From: a virus
Taxonomy: Duplodnaviria > Caudoviricetes
Length of the DNA: 53,704 nucleotides
Reading direction: 5' to 3' (one strand)
Virus record (IMG/VR): IMGVR_UViG_3300034779_000011
Location: 1-53,704 of that record
Shown: positions 34,995 to 43,644 of the stretch, piece after piece
Layout of the letters: every line of letters begins with the position of its first letter
How positions within the stretch are numbered: position 1 is the stretch's first letter
The notes under the pieces: generated by a model
What the model was told of the DNA's origin: nothing
Seen by the model: only the letters and a program-made list of their open reading frames with translations
The model's database searches: none
Translations under genes and position numbers: made by a program

Positions 34995-35716
34995 GCCTGT
35001 CTCGCCGTTCCTCAGGGAACCCCGTCGCTATGCGCGCGACGCTGCCGCTCCCGGGCGCCGCACGCAGCGTCGTTCCGCGGAGCCTCTGCCCGTTCCGTGA
35101 CGAGCTCTGCGGCGAATGTCGCTGCCCGACCTGCTGCACGGGGAAGAGCGACCTGACGCCGGAGGAGAAGGTGCGCCGGCTGGACAACCTGGCGAGCGAC
35201 CAGCGTTGGCCGCCGGAGGACCAGGCGAGGTTCCGCGCGGCCGCGGACGCGCTGAGGCGGGAGTTGACGGGCGATGCAAGGCGGCGTCCGCGGCGTATGG
35301 CCGCGCCGCAGACGGATGGAGGACTCGCCGTGACGGCCGCGCTGGCGTGCGGGGCGCTGGGGCTCCTGATCGCGGGCGCCATGCTCTGGCTGCTGGCGAG
35401 CGAGGACGGGCAGGACCAGCAGGCGCTCCGCCGGTCGCGCGAGATCCTGGGAGGCCTCCCCGACGCGAGGCAGCAGGGGAGCGGCAGTGACCTGCCGTGG
35501 ATCGGGGCACCGGAAGCGGTCAAGGCCATGGGCCCCGCAGGTGGCCACCTGTACCCGGCGAGCCCCGCGCCGCTGCCCGGCTGCCCGCGGGTCAACTGCG
35601 GTGGTACCCTGCTCACGAGGGTCCGCGACGACGTCCGGTACTGCACCCGGTGTGGCGGCGTGTTCCGCCCCGCGGAGAGCATTTTCGCGCTGGCAGGTAT
35701 CGAGGAGCCGCAGTGA
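34991..35716 (+). CDS. Hypothetical membrane protein with Cys clusters
   Basis: One TM segment, N- and C-terminal CxxC clusters; may be a fusion. Confidence 0.55.
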   Translation: MSLSRRSSGNPVAMRATLPLPGAARSVVPRSLCPFRDELCGECRCPTCCTGKSDLTPEEKVRRLDNLASDQRWPPEDQARFRAAADALRRELTGDARRRPRRMAAPQTDGGLAVTAALACGALGLLIAGAMLWLLASEDGQDQQALRRSREILGGLPDARQQGSGSDLPWIGAPEAVKAMGPAGGHLYPASPAPLPGCPRVNCGGTLLTRVRDDVRYCTRCGGVFRPAESIFALAGIEEPQ

Positions 35717-35884
35717 GCGACGGCTGGTGCTGTCACCCGAGAAACGGGGCCGGTCCGCACGAGGGCAGCACGTGGCGCTGCCCGGAGTGTCACCGGCTGA
35801 TCCCGATTCTGCGCTGAGAGGCGCACCGCGCTGCGCGGCCGCGGGAGACTGCCGCGTAACCGAACAGGAAGGAGGCCTCCGCAG

Positions 35885-36541
35885 ATGCGATCCGTCTTCA
35901 CCCGCCGCACCGCCGTGCTGGCCTGCGCCCTCGCGCTGCTGCCGGCCACCCTCCACGCCAGGGCGCACGACCCGGTGGGGGAGATCCTCAACGCCGTGTC
36001 GATCATGAACGAGACCGTGCCGCCCGGCGCCGCCGAGAGCGCCGTGATGATGGTGCCCGCGCCCACCGTGCTGGTCCTCTCGCGCCGCGAGGTCGAACGT
36101 TACCGGCCGCGGGACTGCAACGAGACCTGCATCTCCATCCTGTCGCCCCCGATGGTCGCAGGGGAAGAGCCGCAGATGGCAACGCTCTCGCCCGAATTCG
36201 CCGCAGTGCTGCGCCTCTGGTTCGTGGACGCCGACCTGCGCCACGTGGACGAGAACTGGCCGCACGGGTGGCTCACTCCCGAGATGGCGCGCGAGAGCGG
36301 GCTGATCGCCTTCGACGAAAACCACGCCGCCCTGGTCGTCGACTTCATGGCGCGCCACCCGGGGGCGGCGCGCGTGGTGGTCCACTGCGAGATGGGCGGG
36401 TCGCGGTCACCGGGCGTCGCGCTCGGTCTGGCAGACGCGGCGCTCGTGCGCGACGCATCGGCGGACCGATGGCCCGGCTACAACCGACACGTACGCGAGA
36501 CCCTCGCCACGACGGCGCGGCGGCGGATGCTCGCCGGCTGA
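35885..36541 (+). CDS. Cys-based (CX5R) protein tyrosine phosphatase-like protein with N-terminal export signal
   Basis: VVVHCEMGGSRSPGVA, ISI, LRLWFVD, YNRHV; AGGAGG RBS. Confidence 0.8.
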   Translation: MRSVFTRRTAVLACALALLPATLHARAHDPVGEILNAVSIMNETVPPGAAESAVMMVPAPTVLVLSRREVERYRPRDCNETCISILSPPMVAGEEPQMATLSPEFAAVLRLWFVDADLRHVDENWPHGWLTPEMARESGLIAFDENHAALVVDFMARHPGAARVVVHCEMGGSRSPGVALGLADAALVRDASADRWPGYNRHVRETLATTARRRMLAG

Positions 36542-36542
36542 C

Positions 36543-36851
36543 GTGCGCCGCTTCCTCGCCGGGCTGCTGGTGGGCGCGCTCGCGCTCGCGGGCGGGGTCC
36601 GCCTCTACGTGGACCACAGCCCGGTGTGCGAGCGCGCCGCACGCCGTGCGTGGCGGCGCGTGCGCGTGCTGCTGGCCGGGGCGGCGCTCAGCTGCACGGC
36701 TGCGCCGGAGCGGCTCGAACCGCTGCCCGCCCGGAGCGTCCCGGCGGCCTGGGTGGCGCCGCGGCCGGCTCCCGACACCGCGTCGCTGCCGCGCTGCAAC
36801 GGCGGGCGGCGCTTCCGCCCCTACCTCTGCGGGTACCGCAGCGCGGACTGA
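36543..36851 (+). CDS. Small membrane/lipoprotein-like protein
   Basis: N-terminal TM segment; internal LAGAALSC. Confidence 0.5.
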   Translation: MRRFLAGLLVGALALAGGVRLYVDHSPVCERAARRAWRRVRVLLAGAALSCTAAPERLEPLPARSVPAAWVAPRPAPDTASLPRCNGGRRFRPYLCGYRSAD

Positions 36852-36897
36852 CCAGTTCTCCCAACCCGCTTCCGATCACAAGGAACACGGCCCTCTG

Positions 36898-37500
36898 ATG
36901 CTCGCCCCCGCTGCCTGGAACCTGATGCTGGACGCGCTGGCCGCCGTCGCGCAGTACGTCTCCCTCCACAGCGCCTACAGCGCCACCGGCGCCAACGAGA
37001 TCTCCGGAGGCTCGCCCGCGTACGCTCGCAAGGCGAAGACGTGGAACGCGGCTTCCGAGTCCGCCTTGGACGACAGCAACACGGCCACCTTCGACGTGCC
37101 GGGCGGCGGGACGCAGGTCGCCTTCCTGGGCCTCTGGAGCGCCGCGAGCGCCGGCACCTTCTACGGGATGATCCCGCTCGGCAGCACCGGCGGCTACAAG
37201 CCGTTTACCGTCACGACGGCGAGCGACACGGTCAACTGCCCGTCCCACGGATTCTCGGACGGGGAGCGGGTCGTGTTCCTGGGCGGGGCGCCGGCCGGTC
37301 TCAGCGAAGGCGTCATCTACTTCGTCCGCGACTCCGCCACGGACTCCTTCAAGGTGGCCGCCACGTCGGGAGGCGTCGCGATCGACCTCACCGGCCAGGC
37401 GTCGGCCGGCATGGCGGTGACCCGGATCGTACCCGAGACCTTCAACGGCCAGGGCACGCACCAGGTCACCGACACCGACATCGCCCGGGTGTTCGGATGA
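36898..37500 (+). CDS. Virion accessory / tail fibre-associated protein
   Basis: YVSLHS...ANEISGGSPAYARKA...FDVP...GLWSAASAGTFYG. Confidence 0.75.
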   Translation: MLAPAAWNLMLDALAAVAQYVSLHSAYSATGANEISGGSPAYARKAKTWNAASESALDDSNTATFDVPGGGTQVAFLGLWSAASAGTFYGMIPLGSTGGYKPFTVTTASDTVNCPSHGFSDGERVVFLGGAPAGLSEGVIYFVRDSATDSFKVAATSGGVAIDLTGQASAGMAVTRIVPETFNGQGTHQVTDTDIARVFG

Positions 37501-38309
37501 TCGAGGTCTTCCGCAACAACGCCGCCGGCACCCTGGCGTCGGGGATCACCTCCGGGGCGACGTCGCTCACGCTGCAGGCCGGGAACGGCGCGAAGTTCCC
37601 AAGCCCTGGCGCCAGCGAGTTCTTCTTCGCGACCCTGGAGGAGGGCTCGACCGTGGAGGTGGTCAAGGTGACCGCGCGCTCCTCCGACACCTTCACCGTC
37701 ACACGTGCCCAACAGGGATCGAGCGGAAGCGCGTTCGGGAGCGGGGCGAAGTTCGAACAGCGCCTCACCCGCAGCTCCGTGGAGGGGGCGATCTACGGAG
37801 CGCTCCACCAGCGCTTCGCGAGCGGTGAGTACTACCACTCCTACTCGCCGGGACTCAGCAGCGCGAACGTGTCGGCGAACACGCTGCGGGCGGCGCCGTT
37901 CTACGTCCCGGTCCGCACGGCGTTCGACCGGATCGCCTGCGAGGTTGCGACCTTCGCCGCGAGCTCGGTGGTGCGCCTGGGCGTGTACGCGGACGGGGGC
38001 GACGGCAAGCCCGGCGCCCTCCTCTTCGAGGCCGGCACGGTGGACAGCACCAGCAACGGTGTCAAGGCGATCACCATTAGCCAGACGCTGGACCCCGGCG
38101 TCTACTGGCTGGCCGCGCAGCCGGAGGGCGCGACGGTGGGTCTCAGGAACTTCACCGCCCTCGGCGCCTTCCTGGCCCGGAACGCCACCTTCGGGACCAC
38201 GACGCACAACGGGTACAGCGTCGCGAGCGCGGCCGGATCCCTGCCGTCCTCGTTCGGCGCGGGCTCGCTTACCAACGCCACCCCCGTGGTGGCCCTCCGG
38301 GCCGCGTGA
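37497..38309 (+). CDS. Tail fibre / receptor-binding-like protein
   Basis: NNAAGTLASGI...EVVKVTAR...TVTRAQQG; RLGVY...LDPGVYWLA. Confidence 0.75.
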   Translation: MIEVFRNNAAGTLASGITSGATSLTLQAGNGAKFPSPGASEFFFATLEEGSTVEVVKVTARSSDTFTVTRAQQGSSGSAFGSGAKFEQRLTRSSVEGAIYGALHQRFASGEYYHSYSPGLSSANVSANTLRAAPFYVPVRTAFDRIACEVATFAASSVVRLGVYADGGDGKPGALLFEAGTVDSTSNGVKAITISQTLDPGVYWLAAQPEGATVGLRNFTALGAFLARNATFGTTTHNGYSVASAAGSLPSSFGAGSLTNATPVVALRAA

Positions 38310-38310
38310 G

Positions 38311-38571
38311 ATGCCAGGATCGAAACCGCTCCACACGTACAACCAGCAGGGGCAGCTGGTCGAGTCCGGCACCCTCTCCGTCCCTGACGAGGAGGTCAAC
38401 CGCGACGCGATCGAGGCGGGTCTCCGGGCCATGGCCATCACCCTGCGCGGCTACAGGAACAACACCGGCGGGTTCACCAACGTCCAGCGGGATCAGGCGA
38501 TCCGGGACCTGTCCGCGGTCGTTCTGCGGCTGCTGCGTCTCCAGCTGGCCGAGCTGAGCGGGACGGACTGA
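38311..38571 (+). CDS. Small protein (fibre chaperone position)
   Basis: Follows the fibre gene; GC3 bias. Confidence 0.6.
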   Translation: MPGSKPLHTYNQQGQLVESGTLSVPDEEVNRDAIEAGLRAMAITLRGYRNNTGGFTNVQRDQAIRDLSAVVLRLLRLQLAELSGTD

Positions 38572-38572
38572 C

Positions 38573-39307
38573 GTGCAGCTGAACCGCCACCCGCTGGGCG
38601 TCGCTCCCCTGAACGGGGCCGCCGGCGCCGCGGCGCTCGCGACGAACGGCGTCGCGGCGGGCTCGGTGGCGGCGGCCGGCGTGGTCTCCGGAGCGAAAAA
38701 GGGGGGCGGCGTCGCGGGCGCGTCCCTCGCCTTCAGCTTCGCGGTGGCCGCCCAGAAGCGGGGTGAGGCGTCCGGCTGCGCCGGCGTCGGCGCGGGAGGG
38801 GCGGTCGAGGCGGTGGTCCAGCACACGGCTACCGCCGCCGGCGGCGTGGCCGCGGCGGGGCTGGCTTCCGGAACGCGTCACTGCACGGCGCCGGCGGCGG
38901 GGGCGGGGCTCGCGCTGGGCGGCGCCTGCTGGGCGGCTAAGGGCGCCGCCTCGGCCGCCGTGGGCGGCGCGGGAGTCACGTGCGCCGCGGCGACGTTGAA
39001 GGGATCGTCCGCACAGGCGCGGGCAGAGCTGGCGGTGAGCGCCGCGGCTGGCGTCGGCAAGCAGTCGGCCGGCCCGGCGGCGCTGGGGCTGGCGGTGGCG
39101 ACGGCCTTCGCCGGGCGGAAGGTGAGCGCCGGCACCGTGTACGTCACGCTGGGCATCGGCGGAACGGTTGCGGCGGGCGCTCTCGTCGTCGCGGTCCGCT
39201 ACCGCGTCAGCTTCACGGTCTCCGCGCTCGCGCCGATGCTGTCTGCGTCGGGCCTCCGGCCCGAGGTGGCCGCGTCGGCGCTCGCCCCCAACCTTTCCGC
39301 GGAGTAG
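38573..39307 (+). CDS. Ala/Gly-rich fibre-like virion protein
   Basis: MQLNRHPLGVAPLNG N-terminus; low-complexity repeats. Confidence 0.7.
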   Translation: MQLNRHPLGVAPLNGAAGAAALATNGVAAGSVAAAGVVSGAKKGGGVAGASLAFSFAVAAQKRGEASGCAGVGAGGAVEAVVQHTATAAGGVAAAGLASGTRHCTAPAAGAGLALGGACWAAKGAASAAVGGAGVTCAAATLKGSSAQARAELAVSAAAGVGKQSAGPAALGLAVATAFAGRKVSAGTVYVTLGIGGTVAAGALVVAVRYRVSFTVSALAPMLSASGLRPEVAASALAPNLSAE

Positions 39308-39312
39308 CGGCC

Positions 39313-39621
39313 GTGTCCCAGAAGTTCACGGTGGGCCAGGAGATCACCGTCACCGCTTGCTTCACGCACCCCGAGACCGGCGAGCCGGCCAACAGCCAGG
39401 ACCCGGTGACGTTCACGTTCCTTGGGGAAAGAGGACAGGAGCTCGCGGTCGTCACGAAGGGGCCGGAGGAGGCGAGCCCGACCGGGACCTACGAGGGTGC
39501 GCGGATCGTGGACGGGAGCGAAGGGGCGTGGGTGGACTGCAGGGTGATCGGCTACCCGGGTGGCAGGCGCGCGTCGGACCAGAAGCGGGCGTACATCGCC
39601 GACTCAAGCGGGGTGTTCTGA
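39313..39621 (+). CDS. Small Ig-like virion protein
   Basis: Beta-rich; follows the Ala/Gly-rich gene. Confidence 0.6.
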   Translation: MSQKFTVGQEITVTACFTHPETGEPANSQDPVTFTFLGERGQELAVVTKGPEEASPTGTYEGARIVDGSEGAWVDCRVIGYPGGRRASDQKRAYIADSSGVF

Positions 39622-39851
39622 TGGGCCTCTTCCGCCGCCGGCGGCGCGCCCACTGGCGCCAGGTCCGCCGCCGCACGCCCGCGCCGATCCGCGCCCCGCA
39701 GATGGCCGCGCTGCGCCGCAGCCTGGCCCGGATGCTCGGGGTCTCCGTCACCTCGCTCACCTCCAGCCAGGTGGAGTGCTTCTCCTACGGGCTGGAGCTG
39801 GGCAGGCGGGTGGAGATGCAGGGGATCGGGAAGGTGCTCAAGGGCGCGTGA
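39621..39851 (+). CDS. Small basic hypothetical protein
   Basis: TGATG coupling. Confidence 0.55.
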   Translation: MGLFRRRRRAHWRQVRRRTPAPIRAPQMAALRRSLARMLGVSVTSLTSSQVECFSYGLELGRRVEMQGIGKVLKGA

Positions 39852-40060
39852 CCAGCAGCCGACCGTAGGATGCGGCGCGACAATCGCGCGCAGTCAGTTA
39901 GGACAGCACGGCCGCCGGCACCTCCCGGCGGCTGTGCGATTGAGCAGGGGGGCAGAAGGCGGCGAGCCCCCGGCCTGAACGGAACCGCGGGTTCGTAATC
40001 CCGGGGGCACGAGCCCCCCCCCCCCCCTCCCCGCCCCCCTCGGAGATGAAAATTCATCTC

Positions 40061-40116
40061 TTGACAATGTGATGAGCCTTCACCATACTAACAACCGCGA
40101 GGCCGATCGCGGTTGT
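40061..40116 (+). promoter_or_regulatory. Strong sigma70 promoter with downstream palindrome
   Basis: TTGACA-17 bp-CATACT; ACAACCGCGA-N6-TCGCGGTTGT at 40091-40116. Confidence 0.75.
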
Positions 40117-40144
40117 GTGTCGCCTACGGAGGGGGATTGTTGTC

Positions 40145-40720
40145 ATGGAAGCGGAAGCGAACGCGCGGCGGCGGGGCCAGAGGTCCAGGGTGAGAGCGCC
40201 CGCACCTGTGCGGGCCGCGCCTGCGGGCGGCGCCATGACGGCCGGCGAGTTGAAGATGCGGCTCTCTCTGGTGGTCAAGGCGCGTGTGGGCAACCCCGAG
40301 TCGCAGGAGGAGCGCGCCGCGGCGGTGGGGCTCGGCCGGTCGACGCTTCGCAACTACGAGAGCGCAACGCTGCCCGTGCCGCCCATGCTGGCTCGCCTGG
40401 CCCGCGCCCTGGACCGAGTGGAAGACCTGGAGGCGGAGAACCGGAACCTGAAGGTCCGGCTGGCCATCGCAGAACAGGCGGGCGGGGTCCGCACCCAGGC
40501 GCGGCAGGCGCGTCCGGCACGCCTCGAAGCCAGGTATCCGCTGCGCAAGGTCGTCTCCGCCCAGGTGTGGAAGGAGTCGTGGACGCTGCTCCTCGATTGC
40601 GACCACGTGGAATATTCCGACCTCGCGCCGAGTCAGCTCCGGGCGGTCGCGCGGGGGGAGGTGCCTCGCGCGCCCAAAACATGCCGGTGCCGCTCCTGCC
40701 ACCATGCGGCGCAGAGTTGA
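40145..40720 (+). CDS. XRE-type HTH protein with coiled coil and C-terminal Cys/His domain
   Basis: SQEERAAAVGLGRSTLRNYE; CDH...CRCRSC. Confidence 0.75.
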   Translation: MEAEANARRRGQRSRVRAPAPVRAAPAGGAMTAGELKMRLSLVVKARVGNPESQEERAAAVGLGRSTLRNYESATLPVPPMLARLARALDRVEDLEAENRNLKVRLAIAEQAGGVRTQARQARPARLEARYPLRKVVSAQVWKESWTLLLDCDHVEYSDLAPSQLRAVARGEVPRAPKTCRCRSCHHAAQS

Positions 40721-40757
40721 TGTTTTGCTGGGGGGGCTTCGGAACCCGGGCTCTTCC

Positions 40758-41003
40758 TCAGAGGTGGAGCAGGACGTAGAGGACGCCCGGCCTCACCTGC
40801 AGCCTGCGCGCGAGGTGGACCAGGCGGCGTCGCTCCGTCCAGCGGACGGCGAGCCAGTGGGGATCGGCGTACGGGCGGCCCGGCCGGGCCTGCGGGTCTT
40901 GGGACGGGTGGCGAGGTGCGGGTTCGGGGGAGGCCAGCGGATGAGGTGTGTGCGCCCGCATGGTGAGGAGCCCGGCCGGCTTAATTCTCTTGGGACCGCT
41001 CAT
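40758..41003 (-). CDS. Possible small hypothetical protein
   Basis: ATG with G-rich RBS; weak support. Confidence 0.3.
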   Translation of the reverse strand: MSGPKRIKPAGLLTMRAHTPHPLASPEPAPRHPSQDPQARPGRPYADPHWLAVRWTERRRLVHLARRLQVRPGVLYVLLHL

Positions 41004-41076
41004 GCCGCCCCTCGGGTTGCCGAGGCCCTGCTGTGCGGGTGAAGAGCCCCACACAGCGGGGAACAGCCCCCGGTTC

Positions 41077-41487
41077 TTACGGAGGCGGCGTAATATTCCG
41101 CGTTCGAGGGTGGGAAAAGCGTTCGCGTGCCTCCGCTTCTGTGATCCTTCCCAGGGAGGGCGGCGGCGCGAATGCTCCAGGTGATACGTGGATGGTAAAG
41201 TAGTAACTGACCCCCGGCCTGAAATCCAAGGTGATGCTCGCCGGCCCCGCCGTTCCGATGGCATGTGTGCCAGGGGGTACGCTAAAAGTAAAGTACGTTC
41301 CCGATCTGAGAAAGCCGATCCGAAACCCGTCGAGAAGCACGGGACTGACAGCACCGTCGAGCTTTTGAAATACGGTGATGGTCGCGGAGGACTCTGGGGC
41401 GAGAGGCCGCGGGAACTTTTCAGTCACCCCGGCAGCCGGTGTGCACGAGGTGCAGAACAGTAGGATTACCACGTAACGCATCATCAT
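41077..41487 (-). CDS. Lipoprotein, DUF2846-like
   Basis: MMMRYVVILLFCTSC lipobox; VLLDGFRIGFLRSGTYFTFSVPPGTH. Confidence 0.8.
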   Translation of the reverse strand: MMMRYVVILLFCTSCTPAAGVTEKFPRPLAPESSATITVFQKLDGAVSPVLLDGFRIGFLRSGTYFTFSVPPGTHAIGTAGPASITLDFRPGVSYYFTIHVSPGAFAPPPSLGRITEAEARERFSHPRTRNITPPP

Positions 41488-41526
41488 TTGAGGGCCTTTC
41501 CTTTCAACCGCGGGGAGGGCAAGAAC

Positions 41527-41555
41527 TTCCCTCGTAACCTCTGTACTTATATACT
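41527..41555 (+). promoter_or_regulatory. Putative promoter of the peptide gene
   Basis: TTCCCT-17 bp-TATACT in an AT-rich divergent intergenic region. Confidence 0.5.
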
Positions 41556-41634
41556 TCCGGCCGGCGGCACACCCGATCCGCCGCATTTCTCTCGTTTCCC
41601 GCCCACCTTCACCGACAACCTGGAGAGTACCCCG

Positions 41635-41859
41635 ATGCGGACCCATCTCCGCCTGATGCTCGCGTGCATCGGGCTCAGCCTCAGTGCAGCCGTCTTCGCG
41701 GCCTGTTCCGATCAGGGGCCCGTTGAGCCCCAGCTCGCGCCGCCCGCGCCCGCCGCGGAGAAGCGCGACACCACGCCGACGTTCACGCCGCTCTCGGAAC
41801 CGATCCAGACGGACTCGACGTGCCGCAACGGCACGCTCGGCGGCGGGGGGCGCTGCTAG
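41635..41859 (+). CDS. 74-aa lipo-propeptide, candidate signalling peptide precursor
   Basis: GGAG RBS; signal peptide with FAAC lipobox (Cys24); Pro/Thr linker; C-terminal CRNGTLGGGGRC. Confidence 0.8.
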   Translation: MRTHLRLMLACIGLSLSAAVFAACSDQGPVEPQLAPPAPAAEKRDTTPTFTPLSEPIQTDSTCRNGTLGGGGRC

Positions 41860-43223
41860 TCCGTCGCTAGAACCCCCTCCACTTCGCGCGCAAATAGTTC
41901 GTCGGGTACAGCCTCTTTCCGCACTGCACCTATGGCCGCGTGTGTCGAGATTGCGTTCATGACGCGCTCGGCGTACGCGGCCACACGCGTCTCGCCGTGT
42001 AGAGAAGCCAAGCCCCCGGCAAGTCCGGCAGCGAGTGTCGCCCGCTTCCATTGCCCGGTCGAGTGCGCGGCGTAGGCCAGATGCAAGAACGAGCGGGCGC
42101 GCTGGGGGCTGTCCGCTGATTCATGCGCCGCCCTCCACGCCGCAGACCACCAAGCCTCGTAAGACGCCCGGTCTCCCGCCCCAGCAGCCGCCCGGACGAA
42201 GTTAGCAAGCACCAGCATGCGCAGGCCAGGCTCGGCATCGGCCACGGCCGAGAGTACGGCACCGAAAAGACGTTGCGCGGCGACGAACCGCCCTTCCTCC
42301 ACCCAAAGGTAGCCGAGATCGTGGAGAAGGTGCAGGCGGTGCGGGTCGCCAGCAGGGTAGAGCCGTAGCGCGAGCCTTACCAAACGGCGCGCGCGCCGCC
42401 CGCTTGGTGCTTCGATTGCGAGCGACGCTAAGCCGTGAACTGCGTATGCTGCTTCGGCTCGAAATCCACACCGGAGCGCGACATGCGCCGCCCTCGCGAA
42501 GCACCGGCCGGCCTTAGGGAACGCACCGCGGAGCTTGTGAACCTTTCCCAATCCCGTCCACCCAAGCGATACCGCCGAAAAGTCCCCGAGGTGCCGCCCG
42601 GATCTGATCGCGAGCGCAAACCAGATTGAGGCGGCGCGGTAACGTTCGCTCTCCCGGGCGTCGCGCCCTGCCGACCAAGCACTCCTGGCGGGCGAATGCA
42701 ACCAGGTGCGGAACTGCGGCGGCGGGCACGAGGCGAGCGCGTGGTGGACCGCCGTGCGCAATCGCAGGAGGGCCGGAAGGTCTCGTACAACCCAGCGTGC
42801 ACGCGGATCAAACTCCGAGAGAAGGTCGACCACGGACCTATCAGTTGGATTGACGGTCGCCGGGAAGACAACGGCGAGAGAGAATAGGTCACACGCAGCA
42901 CGCTTGAAGCGGTGGTCGCGGAACAGTTCCCGGCCGACGCAGTTCGCGACCGTGAATCGAAGCAGTTCGCCCCCCAATCCGCTGCGAACCCTCCAGCGCG
43001 CGGCCTCGCCGCGGCGCGGACGGACGGGCTCCAGCACATTCCCGCCGGTTGCGCCGTGCTCCAGCCCGACACGGAAGAGCAGCCGCAAGGCGCGAAGGTC
43101 GCTCAACGCCGCCGGACCTGCGCCGAGGCCGGAGTCGACGTCGCGCAGGAACAGGATGGTGCGGGCGACGTCATAGACGAGGGCGCGCTGCCTATCCGTC
43201 AGTTCCTCTTGTGGGCCTGTCAT
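41856..43223 (-). CDS. Cytoplasmic TPR-repeat protein, candidate peptide receptor
   Basis: GLGKVHKLRGAFPKAGRCF, HDLGYLWVEEGRFVAAQRLF, LHLAYAAHSTGQWKRA; no signal peptide or HTH seen. Confidence 0.85.
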   Translation of the reverse strand: MTGPQEELTDRQRALVYDVARTILFLRDVDSGLGAGPAALSDLRALRLLFRVGLEHGATGGNVLEPVRPRRGEAARWRVRSGLGGELLRFTVANCVGRELFRDHRFKRAACDLFSLAVVFPATVNPTDRSVVDLLSEFDPRARWVVRDLPALLRLRTAVHHALASCPPPQFRTWLHSPARSAWSAGRDARESERYRAASIWFALAIRSGRHLGDFSAVSLGWTGLGKVHKLRGAFPKAGRCFARAAHVALRCGFRAEAAYAVHGLASLAIEAPSGRRARRLVRLALRLYPAGDPHRLHLLHDLGYLWVEEGRFVAAQRLFGAVLSAVADAEPGLRMLVLANFVRAAAGAGDRASYEAWWSAAWRAAHESADSPQRARSFLHLAYAAHSTGQWKRATLAAGLAGGLASLHGETRVAAYAERVMNAISTHAAIGAVRKEAVPDELFAREVEGVLATD

Positions 43224-43629
43224 TGTTCAAAACTGTCCTGCGTCTGTTGTCAATGGGGTGGAACTCCACCTCACGCAAGCCGCGCCGAAGCGCGATCCGG
43301 TAGGCTTCCGCGAGCTGTCGGCGCTCGCTCCACCCATGCTCACGTGCAAGTCGTGCAACCTCTTCGAGGACCTTGAATCCACGGGAGTCCTGAAGCGCTT
43401 CGGGGTCCCACGCATCCAAGCTGTCCAATGCGTCCGCGGGTAGCCCGAACGCCTGCGCTATCAGTTGCCGCGTGCGCGGGCCAGGCACCTTTGCACCCGC
43501 CTCGATCTTACTGACGTAGGATTGGCCTCCCGACAGCCGGACGCGCCGCGCGAGTTCGGATTGGCTCAACCCTGCCCGCTCCCGCAACTCCCGAATCCGC
43601 TCACCCAGCCCCTTCGGCGCCTCAGTCAT
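43192..43629 (-). CDS. CI-like XRE repressor without S24 peptidase domain
   Basis: LGERIRELRERAGLSQSELARRV...QSYVSKIEAG; divergent from the early operon. Confidence 0.9.
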   Translation of the reverse strand: MTEAPKGLGERIRELRERAGLSQSELARRVRLSGGQSYVSKIEAGAKVPGPRTRQLIAQAFGLPADALDSLDAWDPEALQDSRGFKVLEEVARLAREHGWSERRQLAEAYRIALRRGLREVEFHPIDNRRRTVLNNDRPTRGTDG

Positions 43630-43644
43630 TGGGCTCCCCCATAG

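Noticed and set aside
39985-40008. GGGTTCGTAATCCC as a tRNA T-arm or second att
   Set aside because: No cloverleaf and no match to the tRNA-Cys or tRNA-Gly 3' ends
41635-41859. Peptide as a RiPP/bacteriocin precursor
   Set aside because: No modifying enzyme or dedicated transporter nearby; the lipobox and TPR neighbour fit signalling better, though toxicity is untested
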